From Ramazzottius varieornatus (taxonomy: Eukaryota > Animalia > Tardigrada), in contig BDGG01000020.1 in assembly GCA_001949185.1 (NCBI GenBank), forward strand, positions 1 through 64,000: a stretch of 64,000 nucleotides of DNA, read 5' to 3'. The notes under the pieces were generated by a model. The model was given only the letters and a program-made list of their open reading frames with translations. It was not told where the DNA came from and did not search any database. Of the stretch, positions 22,601-34,442 are shown piece after piece (position 1 is the first letter of the stretch; each line of letters starts with the position of its first letter). A program made the position numbers and the translations under genes.

Positions 22601-25084
22601 ATGCAGTGCAGAAGCACGGTAAGCGTCGCTCACCTTGTCCACGGCTTCCTTCGAGCTAACTTTCAGCAAACTCGCCAGGAACGCATCAAGTATTTGCCTC
22701 ATCACCGATGTAACTGACTCTTGATCATCTTCGACCAGCACTGCCGGTTCGTCCTCGCCGTCTTCGTTCCCTTCGTACAGCGTATCCAGCAAGTCCGCCA
22801 TTTCTTTGCCTACAACATACTATAGTCACCTCTCCTTCTTGACAACCCACCATAAAAAACATAACCAGACCATCCCTGTACGAGTACCTTTGCTTTTAAT
22901 GACGGGCTTCTTCAATAGCGGTTTCTTTCTCTCCACCACTCTTTCCTTCTCTTTCGATGGCGTCTCCGTGCTGGTTGGAACAGGAGCGGGCTGAACGGGT
23001 TCGTCGAGGTCTTCAGGTTGAATAGACTGGTTGGTGTCTTCAGACGAGTCATCCGCCTCCAGAGCGGCATCGAGGAGAGCGAGAGTATCTTCGGTTGTCT
23101 GGATTTGTGAGGTACTTTCGGTGGCCTCCTTCAGGCTGTCCTTGTAGGCCATGCTGGGCATCGTGGCTTTCAGGTCGGGAAGGTTCTCGTAGAAGTCCCG
23201 GTCGTCTTCGTCGTTCCATACTGGTGCCAAACCCGCTCGATCACCTAGCGAATCAACATCATTACTGCAGGTTCAAGCAAAGCGAGCGCGGCAAACAAAC
23301 TAGAACAGATTGATTTTTTTTCCAACCGACAACACTGAAAACGTGAGCCACGAGCTGTCTGCTTCTACCGCAGTTCTGGCTATTGCACTGACTGTGCGCC
23401 ACCACATATCAAGGATACGCATTCCGCCTGACCTCAGTCCTGGAACGGAATTCAGAATTTCGCTGCGCGCCTATTTTCCGTTCCCCAAAATCGCCAGACC
23501 AAAGATCGAATTTCCGAAACTGCAGTATAGAAGGCGAAAAACCAGTTAGGAGCGGAAAACGGAATGCGTATCCTTACCACATACCACACCGGTGGCTAAC
23601 TCAACAACCGCAATTTGGGATGGCTAACCCAATAACCGCTCCCTCGTACTTCGGCAAATAAACTCGACCGGAACGTTTGCCCAGGTGGCGCATGCGTTCA
23701 CCCAATATCGCAAAAGTTTGCGCCACTTCGGGAAATGATCTGGTTAAGTTTGTTTGACGGGCTCGCAAATTAGGTTTTCCAGAAAGACTGACTTACCGAA
23801 ATCTACGGTGAGTATTTCGATGGTCTCTCGTACGTCTTCGACTTCCGCCTTGGGTTTCAGCACCGGCATGTCCTTGTTCAGACTATCCGCGAGACCCTGT
23901 AAATTTGTGTGGAGCTTGGTGAAGGTGGCGACATGCTCTTCGTACTTGTCCAGCTTTTCCTGGGGTACTTCGCCCCGACTGGTGAGAAGACGGTGGTGAG
24001 CTTGTTCGAGGTCGCGCAGTCGTTGATTCTCCATCTCGACCTGCTTGACTAACGTGTCGAAGTACTTACTGAACAACCCACGGAAAGAAGTCTGCATGTC
24101 GGCGGAAAGTACCGAGGTGAAAGCTGGTGGAAGGTTAGTGGAAGCTTCGTGTTGTAAAGCCAACTGATGAATTTTCTTCGGATGAATTCCTGTAAAAAAA
24201 TCCGGGAAATACGACTCAAAAAGAAAAATGGAATCAAAGGGGATATATTACCCATGAATTCGAACGCGAAATTCTTGGCAAAGTTATTGATCAAAGCAAA
24301 GAGCGCGCGATCTTCTCGGTCGGAGTCAAAGAGAATCTGAAGAGTCCCGAAGAGGAGCTGTAAGGCAGGTTTGGACGGAAGAAGGCTCAGCAAGATCTGT
24401 TCGGGGAAGAGTTTCAAATCGACCCGCAGTTTAGAGGGATTGGTGAACGGATCGCCTTTCTGGGACGGCAGAACGCGCTTCCATGAATCCAGCATTGCAC
24501 TGGAGAATTCGGAGTACCGACGATGGAACAGTGTGCTGACGTCCAGAGCGGTCTGGACATCGGACAGCTTTAGTTTAGCTTCCGCGATGGCCTGTGTCGC
24601 TTCTGACACGTATCGCGTCAAGTTTAAACCTGCGAATCCCTGACGTGATTTCGTACGTTACGCACTCATGTTACAATATTACGTTACAGTATCACTTTTA
24701 GCTCCCCGCGAAAATGCACTTAAATTGACCCAACGGGTTGATTGGTACTGTTGATTGAACCAACTTACCTTGGAAATCTTTTTCCAGCGTTTCCTTCTGC
24801 GATTCCGACAGAACCTTCAGCTTCTTGATGTAGCTCGTGCAGGTTTTTAACTTGGAATCAAGCTTGCTGTAAAATTCTTCTTCGGGATATTCCACGGTGC
24901 GGTTGAGCTCGCGTTCACGCTCTTTGGTTAGCAGTGACAGGCTCAAAGTTGCGCAGTAGTCATGCACCTTCTTTCTACCCACTTCGTGCTCCGCCGACTC
25001 GGGGTTGGATGCTGCATCGTCGGTAGACAACGCAGAGATGGTTGCAGCTTCGGAAAACACGGATACCGTTGAGTTTTCTTCCAT
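19700..25084 (-). CDS. UPF2: Nonsense-mediated decay factor UPF2/SMG-3 (multi-exon)
   Basis: KLDSKLKTCTSYIKKLK, LTRYVSEA..AIAEAKLK, WNDEDDRDFYENLPDL, SKLRNVRFMAELTKF, HHNVEMACTLLESAGRFL, NQRRLAMVRYLGEMYN, LDPPQHLLRLRLVCILLNTCG (three MIF4G domains). Confidence 0.95.
20093..20200. repeat. Intronic palindromic element copy (reverse orientation)
   Basis: 20125-20132 / 20160-20167, 27-nt spacer, UPF2 intron. Confidence 0.85.
21670..21777. repeat. Intronic palindromic element copy
   Basis: 21702-21709 / 21737-21744, 27-nt spacer, UPF2 intron. Confidence 0.85.
23410..23576. mobile_element. Small TIR element with 8-bp TSD in UPF2 intron
   Basis: TIR AAGGATACGCATTCCG; flanks CCACATAT / CCACATAC; sits beside partial palindrome copies (23290-23402). 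Confidence 0.75.
23653..23758. repeat. Intronic palindromic element copy
   Basis: 23685-23692 / 23719-23726, 26-nt spacer, UPF2 intron. Confidence 0.85.
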
Positions 25085-25765
25085 CGCAACGGTCCCTTCT
25101 GCAAAACAAAATCACAAGATCAATCATCCGAACTGAAATACAAATTCAACACTTTCACAACAGCACTTACCTCCACGTCGCTCGTAATGTCGGAGGTGCA
25201 ATGCAATACGCTGGGTATAACGAATCCACCAAGAGGAGAGATATGGAATATTGAAACTTCATGAGGAAAAGATTGAGTCATTGAGAAATGAGGAATTCGG
25301 AATTAAATTCCAACAAAATCCAAAATACTTATATGGTACAAAAAGCACAAATCACCTTGTCGCGACCGGACGTTCTTATCAGAGTGACCTGTTTTTCTAC
25401 TTGACTAACTGGATGGAATGTGTAGTTGGCCAGTAACCTTCGCCACGCTGTCTACTGTCACCTGTCATGGTGAGCCGAGGTGACAGTTTCGAATAGGGGC
25501 GGTACAGTGTCTGTGACGACAGCGTTTGAGATCCGCATTTGAAAATTGCAAAAAAATCGCATTTCTGAATTCTGAATGGAGTTTTCGTTTGTTGTTGTCC
25601 CACAAAATGCTTCGTGTAGTACTCTCTGCGATCTTCTTGTCCGATTCAAAAGATTAGCCAGTGGTCAAGTTCGATGGTAATCGCGCCAGTTTGATTCGAC
25701 TGCATCCGGATCAACGCCGCATTCTCCTTTTGTTGTGTCTGACGAAGGGGATTTGATATCAAGTC

Positions 25766-28700
25766 ATGGCTGAAGACGAGGACAGCTTCTTCGGATTCGA
25801 CACTCGACTACCAGTGAGCGGCGTCTTCGTTTCATCTCTGAGTATTGTACTAGGTTGTTCTAACTTCAGGAAGATCGAAGCAAAGGACCTCCGATGAACC
25901 AGCCGGAAAGGGACAGCGCTGCAAGAGGTCCCTTCGCTACGACGCAGTTCGGCCAAATGTCGCTGCACGATCAACCTCCCTCGAACGCTCATCGTTTGTT
26001 CACTCCTGGAGAGCTGACAGCCACCGGTAAACATCCTTCTATCTTTCCCACACTGGGTAGGTGTACAAAATATGTTTCATTCAGATGGCTGGCCGAATAT
26101 ACCGTTGGACTTGAACAAGATCAACCCACGAGAAATCTTCGATGTGCCTCGTCGCGCTTCGCAAGGACAGTCTCGCTCCGATAGCTCAGCGGCCTTCTTC
26201 GGAGATCGCGGAAATGCACCGGGAGGGATATTTCATGATCGAGAAGAGAGCTGGCCCGGCGTAAAAACACCGGAATTCTTCCTGGACAAAGAAGAGGAAG
26301 AAGAGGTAAATAATTAGACTGAGTTATCATTCCTTACTTTTGACTTAAACTTGTCGCTTGATTGCTTTGTCGCTCATTTCCGATGTGTTGTTTTATATTT
26401 TCATTCTTCAGAGACTTCCGATGGATTTGTCCAGGTTGATCGATGAGGACTCTTTCAACTCGATGCAGAGTCGCCAGGATTTCTTCGATGAATTTACCAA
26501 GGTAAGGCGGACATACGGTTTGCATCAGGGTTTTTCTCCTTCTTGCCTAGTTCATGATTCCACCAGAGTTCGTTTCCTTTTTCCAGCAAACCTACCAGCC
26601 TTACCAGCCACGAGCCATCGACTCAGCTGATTCACCCTGGACTTCCAGCTCGCTTTCCGTTCTGGGAAAAGACAAGACGTGGGATTCGTCCTCGGAGACT
26701 TCCTCGTACACCCCGTTGGGCCAAGACCTTACCCTTCGGTCCACGTCAGAAACCCAAGTTCCTCATCAACAGGTGCCTTCTTCACCGTCAACAGCCCCAG
26801 CAGGTCGCAAAGCCATGACCCTGGAAGACCTGGAGCGTATGCTGATACCCCAACAGCCCAACCAAGAAGAAGGCGTGAACAACAGCGAGGAACGTCAGTC
26901 AGGTGGAATTTTGCAGGGGATGCAGAACCCACGAGTCGGTGGACCATTTCCTCCTCTGGTAAGAATTTTAGTCTGTTTTAGGCTGAACTCGCGCACGGCA
27001 TCATTGTCGAGCTTCGATGTACTGTATCAACATAACTACTGTGGCGTTCGCTGCCGTCATGATGTCATGCGATAGTGTTATATATGCTGGAAAAATTGAG
27101 TTTTGGCATAGGTGGGCGGTCCCTGCGCTTGTCGCACGGCTGCTGTGTGGAGTTTGCTGCTTGCTTGACCAACGGTCATTTTTGCTTTCAGGTTATGCCA
27201 ACGCCGATTCGTCACGAACCGGATACGGACTTGCGCACCCGACATCCAGTGGACCCTGCTGCGCGAGCTGGTCCTCCTGGTCAGCCCAATTTCACCAGCC
27301 TGTACCCACTCAATCCTGGTCAGCAGCCCTTCCCAGTCTTTCCTCCTGGTATGCGTCCACCCCAGATGCATCCGCAATCTCAGCAAGGAATGCTCCCGAA
27401 CTTGATGCGTCTGCCCAACGGCCAGCTCATTTCACTGCAGCCACAACACCATCAACAGCAGGACTTCCGTCGACCAAACGGTATGCCCATGCAACGAGGG
27501 CAGTTTCCGCAGCAGTTCCGTCCTCAGCAAAGGTATTCACTTCCTTCTTGATTCATCTGGGAGAACTGCTTTCTGACCTTCCTTACTTTCTCTTTACAGG
27601 CCAGGTTTTTTTCTTCCGCCACATGGAATGATGCAGCACCACCAAGGACCAAGCCGCTTCATGCAAAGTCGAGAGTTCGTGAACCGCCAGTACGTCCCGG
27701 ACTTTGGCGGCCAGTTTGACGACGAAGATGAATGCACCGGGTGGATGACGGAAAGGGAGAAGGACTGGGTCATCAAAATCCAACAGCAGCAGATCAAGAC
27801 GGAGAACCCTTACATGGACGACTACTACTTCTACGTAAGTTGATTTTCCGTCCTCGTCAGAATATCTCTCTTACGTTCTGAAGTTCCAGGTGACGAATTT
27901 GAAGAAGATGGCAAAAGAAGGTCGAGGTGGAGCAAGCGAGCTATCTGAGCTGGACTTCATCGTGCCAGCAAGGATGGCTGCGGAACCGAAAGAAGAACGT
28001 TCAACTATGAGTAGGAAGATTTTCCATAATTTTCAGCAAGTGCTCTGTTGTGGTTATTTTGTTCTTGTTGCAGATCATTTCGAAGGCTCCTTGGGCAAGG
28101 TCTGCATCTCTTCAGTGTTTAATCCAAGGAAGACAGTGGACGTGGAGGCTTTCAACATCGCCAAGAACCGAGCTCCGCCGTCCAACCAGAAGCGGAAGTG
28201 GTTCGTCGACCCACTTCAGAAGGAGAAGGGCTTCTCCAAAAGCCTCCTTCTGAGTATCGAAGAGGTATAGCAGTTCCGCTATGTTGAATGAGTGTTCTGA
28301 CCTTGCTTTTGATTTCCAGTTGTACAAACTCATCTTGGAACTGCAAGATTTTAACCGAGAAGTGGCTGCCCTTCCTGAACAACAGCGGTAATTTATTACT
28401 TACATTGGCGTCTGTTTTTTTAAGCTGACATACCACCGAAGGGCTCAGCATGAATACTGCACTTTTGGTTTGCGTTTTTCTTTCGAAAAATTTGGAATCC
28501 AAAGAGCCAATCTCGTCCAGATTCGGTCCACGATGTGGCGCAAGGTTCCAGCTAGTTACGCAGAAGACGTGCGCCCCTTGACAAAACAGTTTTGCCGAGC
28601 TGGTTTGGCGAGCTTTGAATTTGATATTATGACATCTTGTTTTTGTTTACAGAGAACAGTCGGTCGAAAGGAGACGCAATATTATCAACTTGATGTTCGA

Positions 28701-29752
28701 CAAGCTCATTCAAGGGACCACACCCGACGTCCGCGTCCGTAACTTCTGTGATACCATGAAGATTCGCAAAGGACGCGAGCTCCTTCGACGAGTCCTTCCC
28801 GTTCTTTTCAAGGTACCCTTTCCGTTTCAATTCGTCTCTTTTATTACTCTTTCGAGATACCTTTTCTGTGTTGTGTTTACTTGTTTGATGGGGTGATTCT
28901 GAAGGTTTTTCTTGGTTGCAGGAACAAGTCTTGATCCTGACGGGGTATTGCGTACGCGCTTTGCCCATTTTGCTGGATATTCCGGCAGAGAGAATGGAGG
29001 TGAGCTGTCAGAGTTCTACTGTCACGTTCGTACACTATTTCAGACTGATCCGTTTTCTTTTCAGGGCTTTGAACGTTGCCTGATCCCAGTGGCCGACAGC
29101 ATGAAGTCTTGTACCTTCAGAAAGCTAGTGGAGATGATCGCCCCCATCGTCGAAGCCAAGCTGAACCTGCTCAACACCGCTTACACCGGCCAGTCTTTGC
29201 TGACCCATGCCGTTAAGAACGAGGTACGAAACTAGATCCGGAAGTTGTACCTGCAGCTTCTTATCAGACTCATTGTTCCCCGCTGGTGTGTCGGAAGTAG
29301 GTTCTCGAGTAATTTGGCTTATTATTGTAGTTCGCCCTGAGTTTCCTGAGTTTGTTTGTCAAGCGAGCCGAAGAATGCTACGATACAGAGTACGAAGCTT
29401 TGTCTGAGGACGACAAAGAAAAATGGTAACAGTTGTCGTTAGAATTGCTTATTCTTGAAGTTCTTGAAGGAAAAGTTCTGTTTGAGATGTTTGCCCAATT
29501 CTCAATCCAGAATTTGGAGCACAGAGTGAACGTTCTTAGTGGTTCATCTGGTGGAGCAGTGTATAAGCTTTTAGTTTTTTCTGCAGGACTCTCTTCGTCA
29601 CCTACATTTTCATGTCGTTAGCGAAAACGTCAGCTGATGATGTGGCCACAGTGGAAGATGTCGGTATTCGGGATGCCATGTGCAGCCACTTCTCTCGCTT
29701 TCCTTTTCCCGCTGATTCTGTCTCGTCATGCAAGGAGAAATTGTCCAAGTGA
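25766..29752 (+). CDS. PAT1: mRNA decapping activator PAT1 (PATL1/patr-1-like), multi-exon
   Basis: MAEDEDSFFGFD, AMTLEDLER, Pro/Gln-rich middle, GWMTEREKDWVIKIQ...ENPYMDDYYF, EGSLGK..ISSVFNPRK, MKIRKGRELLRR. Confidence 0.92.
28503..28610. repeat. Intronic palindromic element copy
   Basis: 28535-28542 / 28570-28577, 27-nt spacer, PAT1 intron. Confidence 0.8.
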
Positions 29753-30505
29753 GGCCGCTGGGGTGAGGAACCGAAGCCGCGAGCCGGGGAGAATATGCAG
29801 ACGCTTTATTTTGTGCTGTTACTGTAGATGGGAAAATACAAGTCAAAATATTCGCCTTTTGTTTCTTTATTACGTTTAGAGGAAAATTGACCTGTCGTCA
29901 GTCATGAATAGGAATATAAATGGAGGTCTTTGTTACTTATAATTCTTCATTTTGCTTAGATTTTTAAGAGGAGGTCGCTACATTGATGTTAGACCGTGCC
30001 TCCCTTACTTTTCTAAACTTGGTGATGGTTTCATGTTTTCACCTTTTGTTCTTTGTTATCTTTCTTTTGTGCAGACTCTCCTAATAGTGGACAGAACGTA
30101 GAGAAACATGTTTTTAACGTACGATGTGGGTGTTGAGAAAATTCGCGTTTGTCTGAAGAGAAGTTTGATAAAAGAAGTGATAAAAGTGATACAAGGAAAT
30201 AAAAGTGGAGAAATAACCACCTTCTTGGCACAGCCCTGTCCGTAACGTCAAACTCACAGCTCAGGCATGGATCTGTTTGTGCGCAGGCGAATGCACCCAA
30301 GTTCTGGTTATTTTCGCCGTAGTGGTCCGCATGCGCACAGCCGGATGTGCACAAGGTGTTTGACGTGGACGGATCCGACGACAGATCATTAAAATTATTT
30401 TGTCCAGAATATTTCGTCATCGTCTCTCCTCTTCGCTCGATTTCCTCGTGGTTATCTCGCCTGGTACGGCCTGTATTTTCGTAGACCAAACGTCCGGCTG
30501 CAACT

Positions 30506-32995
30506 ATGGTTCTGGATATTGATCTGTTTCGCGAGGAGAAGGGAGGTAATCCGGAGATTATCCGCGATAGCCAGAAGAAGCGCTTCAAAGACTTGACGCT
30601 CGTCGATAAAGTTCTCGACGCGGACAAGCTGTGGAGAAAATGTAAGACTGTTCAAAGCCTACTGAATCTCTTGTGGAACTGACGGTATCATTATCTTGTG
30701 CAGGCCGATTCGAGGTTGACCAGTGGAATAAATGGAAACGAGCTGGCAGCAAGGAGATCGGTGAACGGATGAAACAGGTTGGTTCAGCTCTTTTGGTTCG
30801 CCGGGCTTAAAGACGTCGCGGTTTGGACTTGCACGTGAATCCGGTAGAACTTTTGTATTTTTGCTTTGCAGAAAAAGGAAGCAAAGGCGGATGAGGACGC
30901 CGATTTACCGGTTTCCCTCGCTGTCACTTTGGAAGGATTGACCAACGAGGCAATCAAGGTGTGCCCAGTTGATTGGTATATGCAAAAGTTGCCCATGACG
31001 TCATGCGTTGGTTGATATGACAAGCTCGAACTTTATTGCATTACAGAATTCTCTTGTTACAGGGTCTGACCGTTGCTCAGATCAAGACACTGGGCATACA
31101 GATCGACAAGACCATCGACTCCATCACGAAAAGATTAGAAGAGGTTGAAGAGAAGAGGAACGAGTCCTTGAGAGAGATCGGAAATCTTCTGCACGAAACT
31201 TGTGTGATCAGTAATGACGAGGTACGTTCTGTGCCCAAGAAGATGAATGTCGGCATGTTAGTTCGACATTAAGTTTTCCAGGATGAGAATGGAATCGAGA
31301 GGACATTCGGTAATATCGAGCAGCGCAAGAAATACTCCCATGTCGATTTGATCGTCATGATTGACGGTGCGGACTCGGAGCGTGGATCAGTCGTGGCTGG
31401 TGGTCGCGGATACTACCTCACCGGAGCTGCAGTCTTCCTTGAACAAGCCTTGATACAGCTAGCTCTTCGCATTCTAGATGGCAAAAACTACAAGCCGCTG
31501 TATACGCCGTTCTTCATGCGGAAAGAGATCATGCAGGAAGTGGCGCAACTTTCGCAGTTTGACGAAGAACTCTACAAAGTAAGCCAAGGGACAAAATTCT
31601 GAAATTAAACCAGTGATAAACCAGTGATGGCGATCAGCCCAACTGATGATAGTACTGAAACAGAAAAGGAGCTTTGGCAGATAAATCAGAGAATGACAGT
31701 ACTCATCGCTGCTTGTTGGTTTTTAGGTTGTCGGGAAAAGCAGCGAGAACAAGGACGACACCACCGTTGACGAAAAGTATCTCATTGCCACTTCCGAGCA
31801 ACCGATTGCCGCATTCCATCGTGATGAGTGGATAGCAGCCGATCAATTGCCCATCCGGTACGCTGGAATCTCGACGTGCTTCCGACAGGAAGTGGGGTCG
31901 CATGGACGAGATACCACCGGCATCTTCCGTGTCCACCAGTTTGAAAAGGTAAACACGGCAAGCAAAGCAAATCAATCTTGCGTCTCTAGACACTTTTACC
32001 TGAAGATTGTCCGGCTTTTAACAGGTCGAACAATTTTGCATCACTTCACCACACGACGGCGAATCGTGGAAACTGTTCGAAGAGATGGTGGGCAATGCTG
32101 AAGAGTTTTGCAAAGTTTTAGGCATACCTTACCGGATCGTCAACATTGTTTCCGGTAGCAATACTCTTCACAAGAATTTTACCTCAGTAGTCTCAGCCGA
32201 CGCAGAGTAGTCAAATTTTTTTGATTTTTCACCTTCAGGAGCACTGAATAATGCAGCTGCAAAGAAGTTTGACTTGGAAGCTTGGTTCCCCGGTAGTGGA
32301 GCTTTCCGCGAGCTGGTCTCGTGTTCCAACTGTACCGATTATCAGTCGAGAAGACTGGCTATTCGCTATGGACAGACAAAGAAGCTAAATGACAAGGTAA
32401 TTTGTCCACACGTTGTGCGGTTTGACAGAAAAACTTCCGAATTTTATCAAATGGGACACCGGCAAATGAATTCACCCAGATGGTTTCCCAAGTGGCGCAC
32501 GATCTCAGTCAGTAATAATGAAAACCTGCGCCGCTAAAGGCAAAGATCTGGCTGAATGATTTCGACGCCTCAGATGATTTGGGTGTTACCTGTTTCCCTC
32601 TCTTACTGAATTTCGGTGGTTGAGTTTGGCGGTGTGCTGTTTTATTGAGAATTCACCTGTAGCTTTGTAGGCCGAATATGTCCACATGCTGAACGCGACG
32701 ATGTGTGCAACCACACGTGTCATTTGCGCCATCCTGGAGAATTTCCAAGACGATACAGGAATCACTGTTCCGGAACCCCTTCGTCCCTGGATGCCAGAAA
32801 GTACGAAAAGATTTGTAGGTAGAGTGAGATGAATACAATGCTGTAACTTGATTGTTTACAGGATATCGAGAAAGGATTCCGTTCGTGAAAGCAGCGCCCA
32901 TCGACGAGATCGCTAAGAAGCAAGCAGGAACGAAAGTCAAGACCGCCATCACTGGCGGCAAGGAAACCGACAAGGGTTCAGGAGACAAAGCCTGA
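30506..32995 (+). CDS. SARS1: Cytosolic seryl-tRNA synthetase, multi-exon
   Basis: [101 protein letters not shown]. Confidence 0.97.
32460..32567. repeat. Intronic palindromic element copy
   Basis: 32492-32499 / 32527-32534, 27-nt spacer, SerRS intron. Confidence 0.85.
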
Positions 32996-34442
32996 AGGGA
33001 GAACTGATAGCGTGGTTTCTATTCGTTTTCTAAACGCGAAGTTGGTACGAGGGTCTGAATCAGTTTCACTTGGGCGGTGAATTCGTAGACTAGAAAACAG
33101 TTGCTTCTATGTTTCCTTTTTCTATTTTAGCTTGGTTACATCTTGCGTTCGACAGTTCGCACACATTGCTTTTCTCATCATGCATGAAAATATTACGCTA
33201 AAACAGATGATCGCAGCCCTTGTTTTCCGCGCCATCTTGGTTGCCAGTCGCGATTTCTTTTCTGCTCACCGTGCACTGTGCACGGCGCTTCTTCATCCTC
33301 GACCCGGAAGTTGTTTTGGCTTGTCATCAGAGGACGACACGGAAACTCAGTGTCTTTGGACCCGCATGGAACTGTCGCGGGTTACCGCCCCTCCATTCTT
33401 GTGAACACCTACTCCTCGACCAGCGATCTTCGTCTTTTAGTCTTCGGCCGCATCATGCAGCGAAAACCAATAACATCGCGAAGCCATCTGGAAGTTCAGC
33501 CAGCGGAAATACAGTCAGACAATCAACCGCCGAGTTAGTCAACCAAACACAAGGAACACGGTGAAAAATGGCTTCCTTGTGCTTCAGAGTCTTTCGTCGG
33601 AGTGTTTGCTTTCGCTCGTTGCGACAACCGTTTTCTGTAACAGAAAAACTGATGTTTCGTCCTACCGTCCATCTAGCCAGAAAACCTCTCTCACGCTCCC
33701 ACGGTTCCCGGGAACAGCGGGAGCATTGTTGTCATCAACGGGCCCGTTCTAGACACAAAAGTCGTCTGTCTCATCGCTTCCGCTTGTGTGTATCGGACGC
33801 AGCAAGAAAAAGTATTAGGAATTCGGCTATCGTCAGAACTGAACGGGCAAGGAGATTTGTTATATGCGATAATTCTAGAAGACAAAAGACAACAGAGTCA
33901 GAAAAGCCGGATGGCTACTGGACAATGAACAAGACACGAGCAAGTACAAGCATCGATCAGGTTAAATCGGATCGAGAAACGACTCAAACGACTGATTCTG
34001 GTCCGGATCGTCGGAGCGGATTCATAGGGTGATGAGCCGATTGCTTGAGAATGAGAACAGCTGTTCGCCAGTGTTCGAGAACTATGATGTCATTCGCCAT
34101 TTGGCGCTTTGCCGCGCTGACTTCCCAAACAGTCCATTCTTCTGGGGCACCGAATTTTGTCTTTGATCTCTGAAACTCTTTGGGCCTTCACATTAGATCT
34201 TCCAACCTCCAAGGCCGTCGTTCCAGGAGCTCATCGGTTCGGATATCTGGAGACTCAGACGGATTACTTGACCATCGCGAAGACGTCGGCGCGTCGCGAA
34301 GATACGGTATAAGAAGTAATTTGATCAGCTCGCGCGGTGTGTACCTGACTGATTCTTCCTGTGAGTGTAAACTTGGTCCAAGTTTTGCGGAAAGATGAAG
34401 ACGATGTCAGATGACAATAGTGCCACGTTTCAGGGTAACATC

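Noticed and set aside
30031-30627. Long ORFs antisense to real genes (also 13146-13760, 35128-35625, 63418-63984) and 47642-47938
   Set aside because: Shadow or chance frames without recognisable motifs
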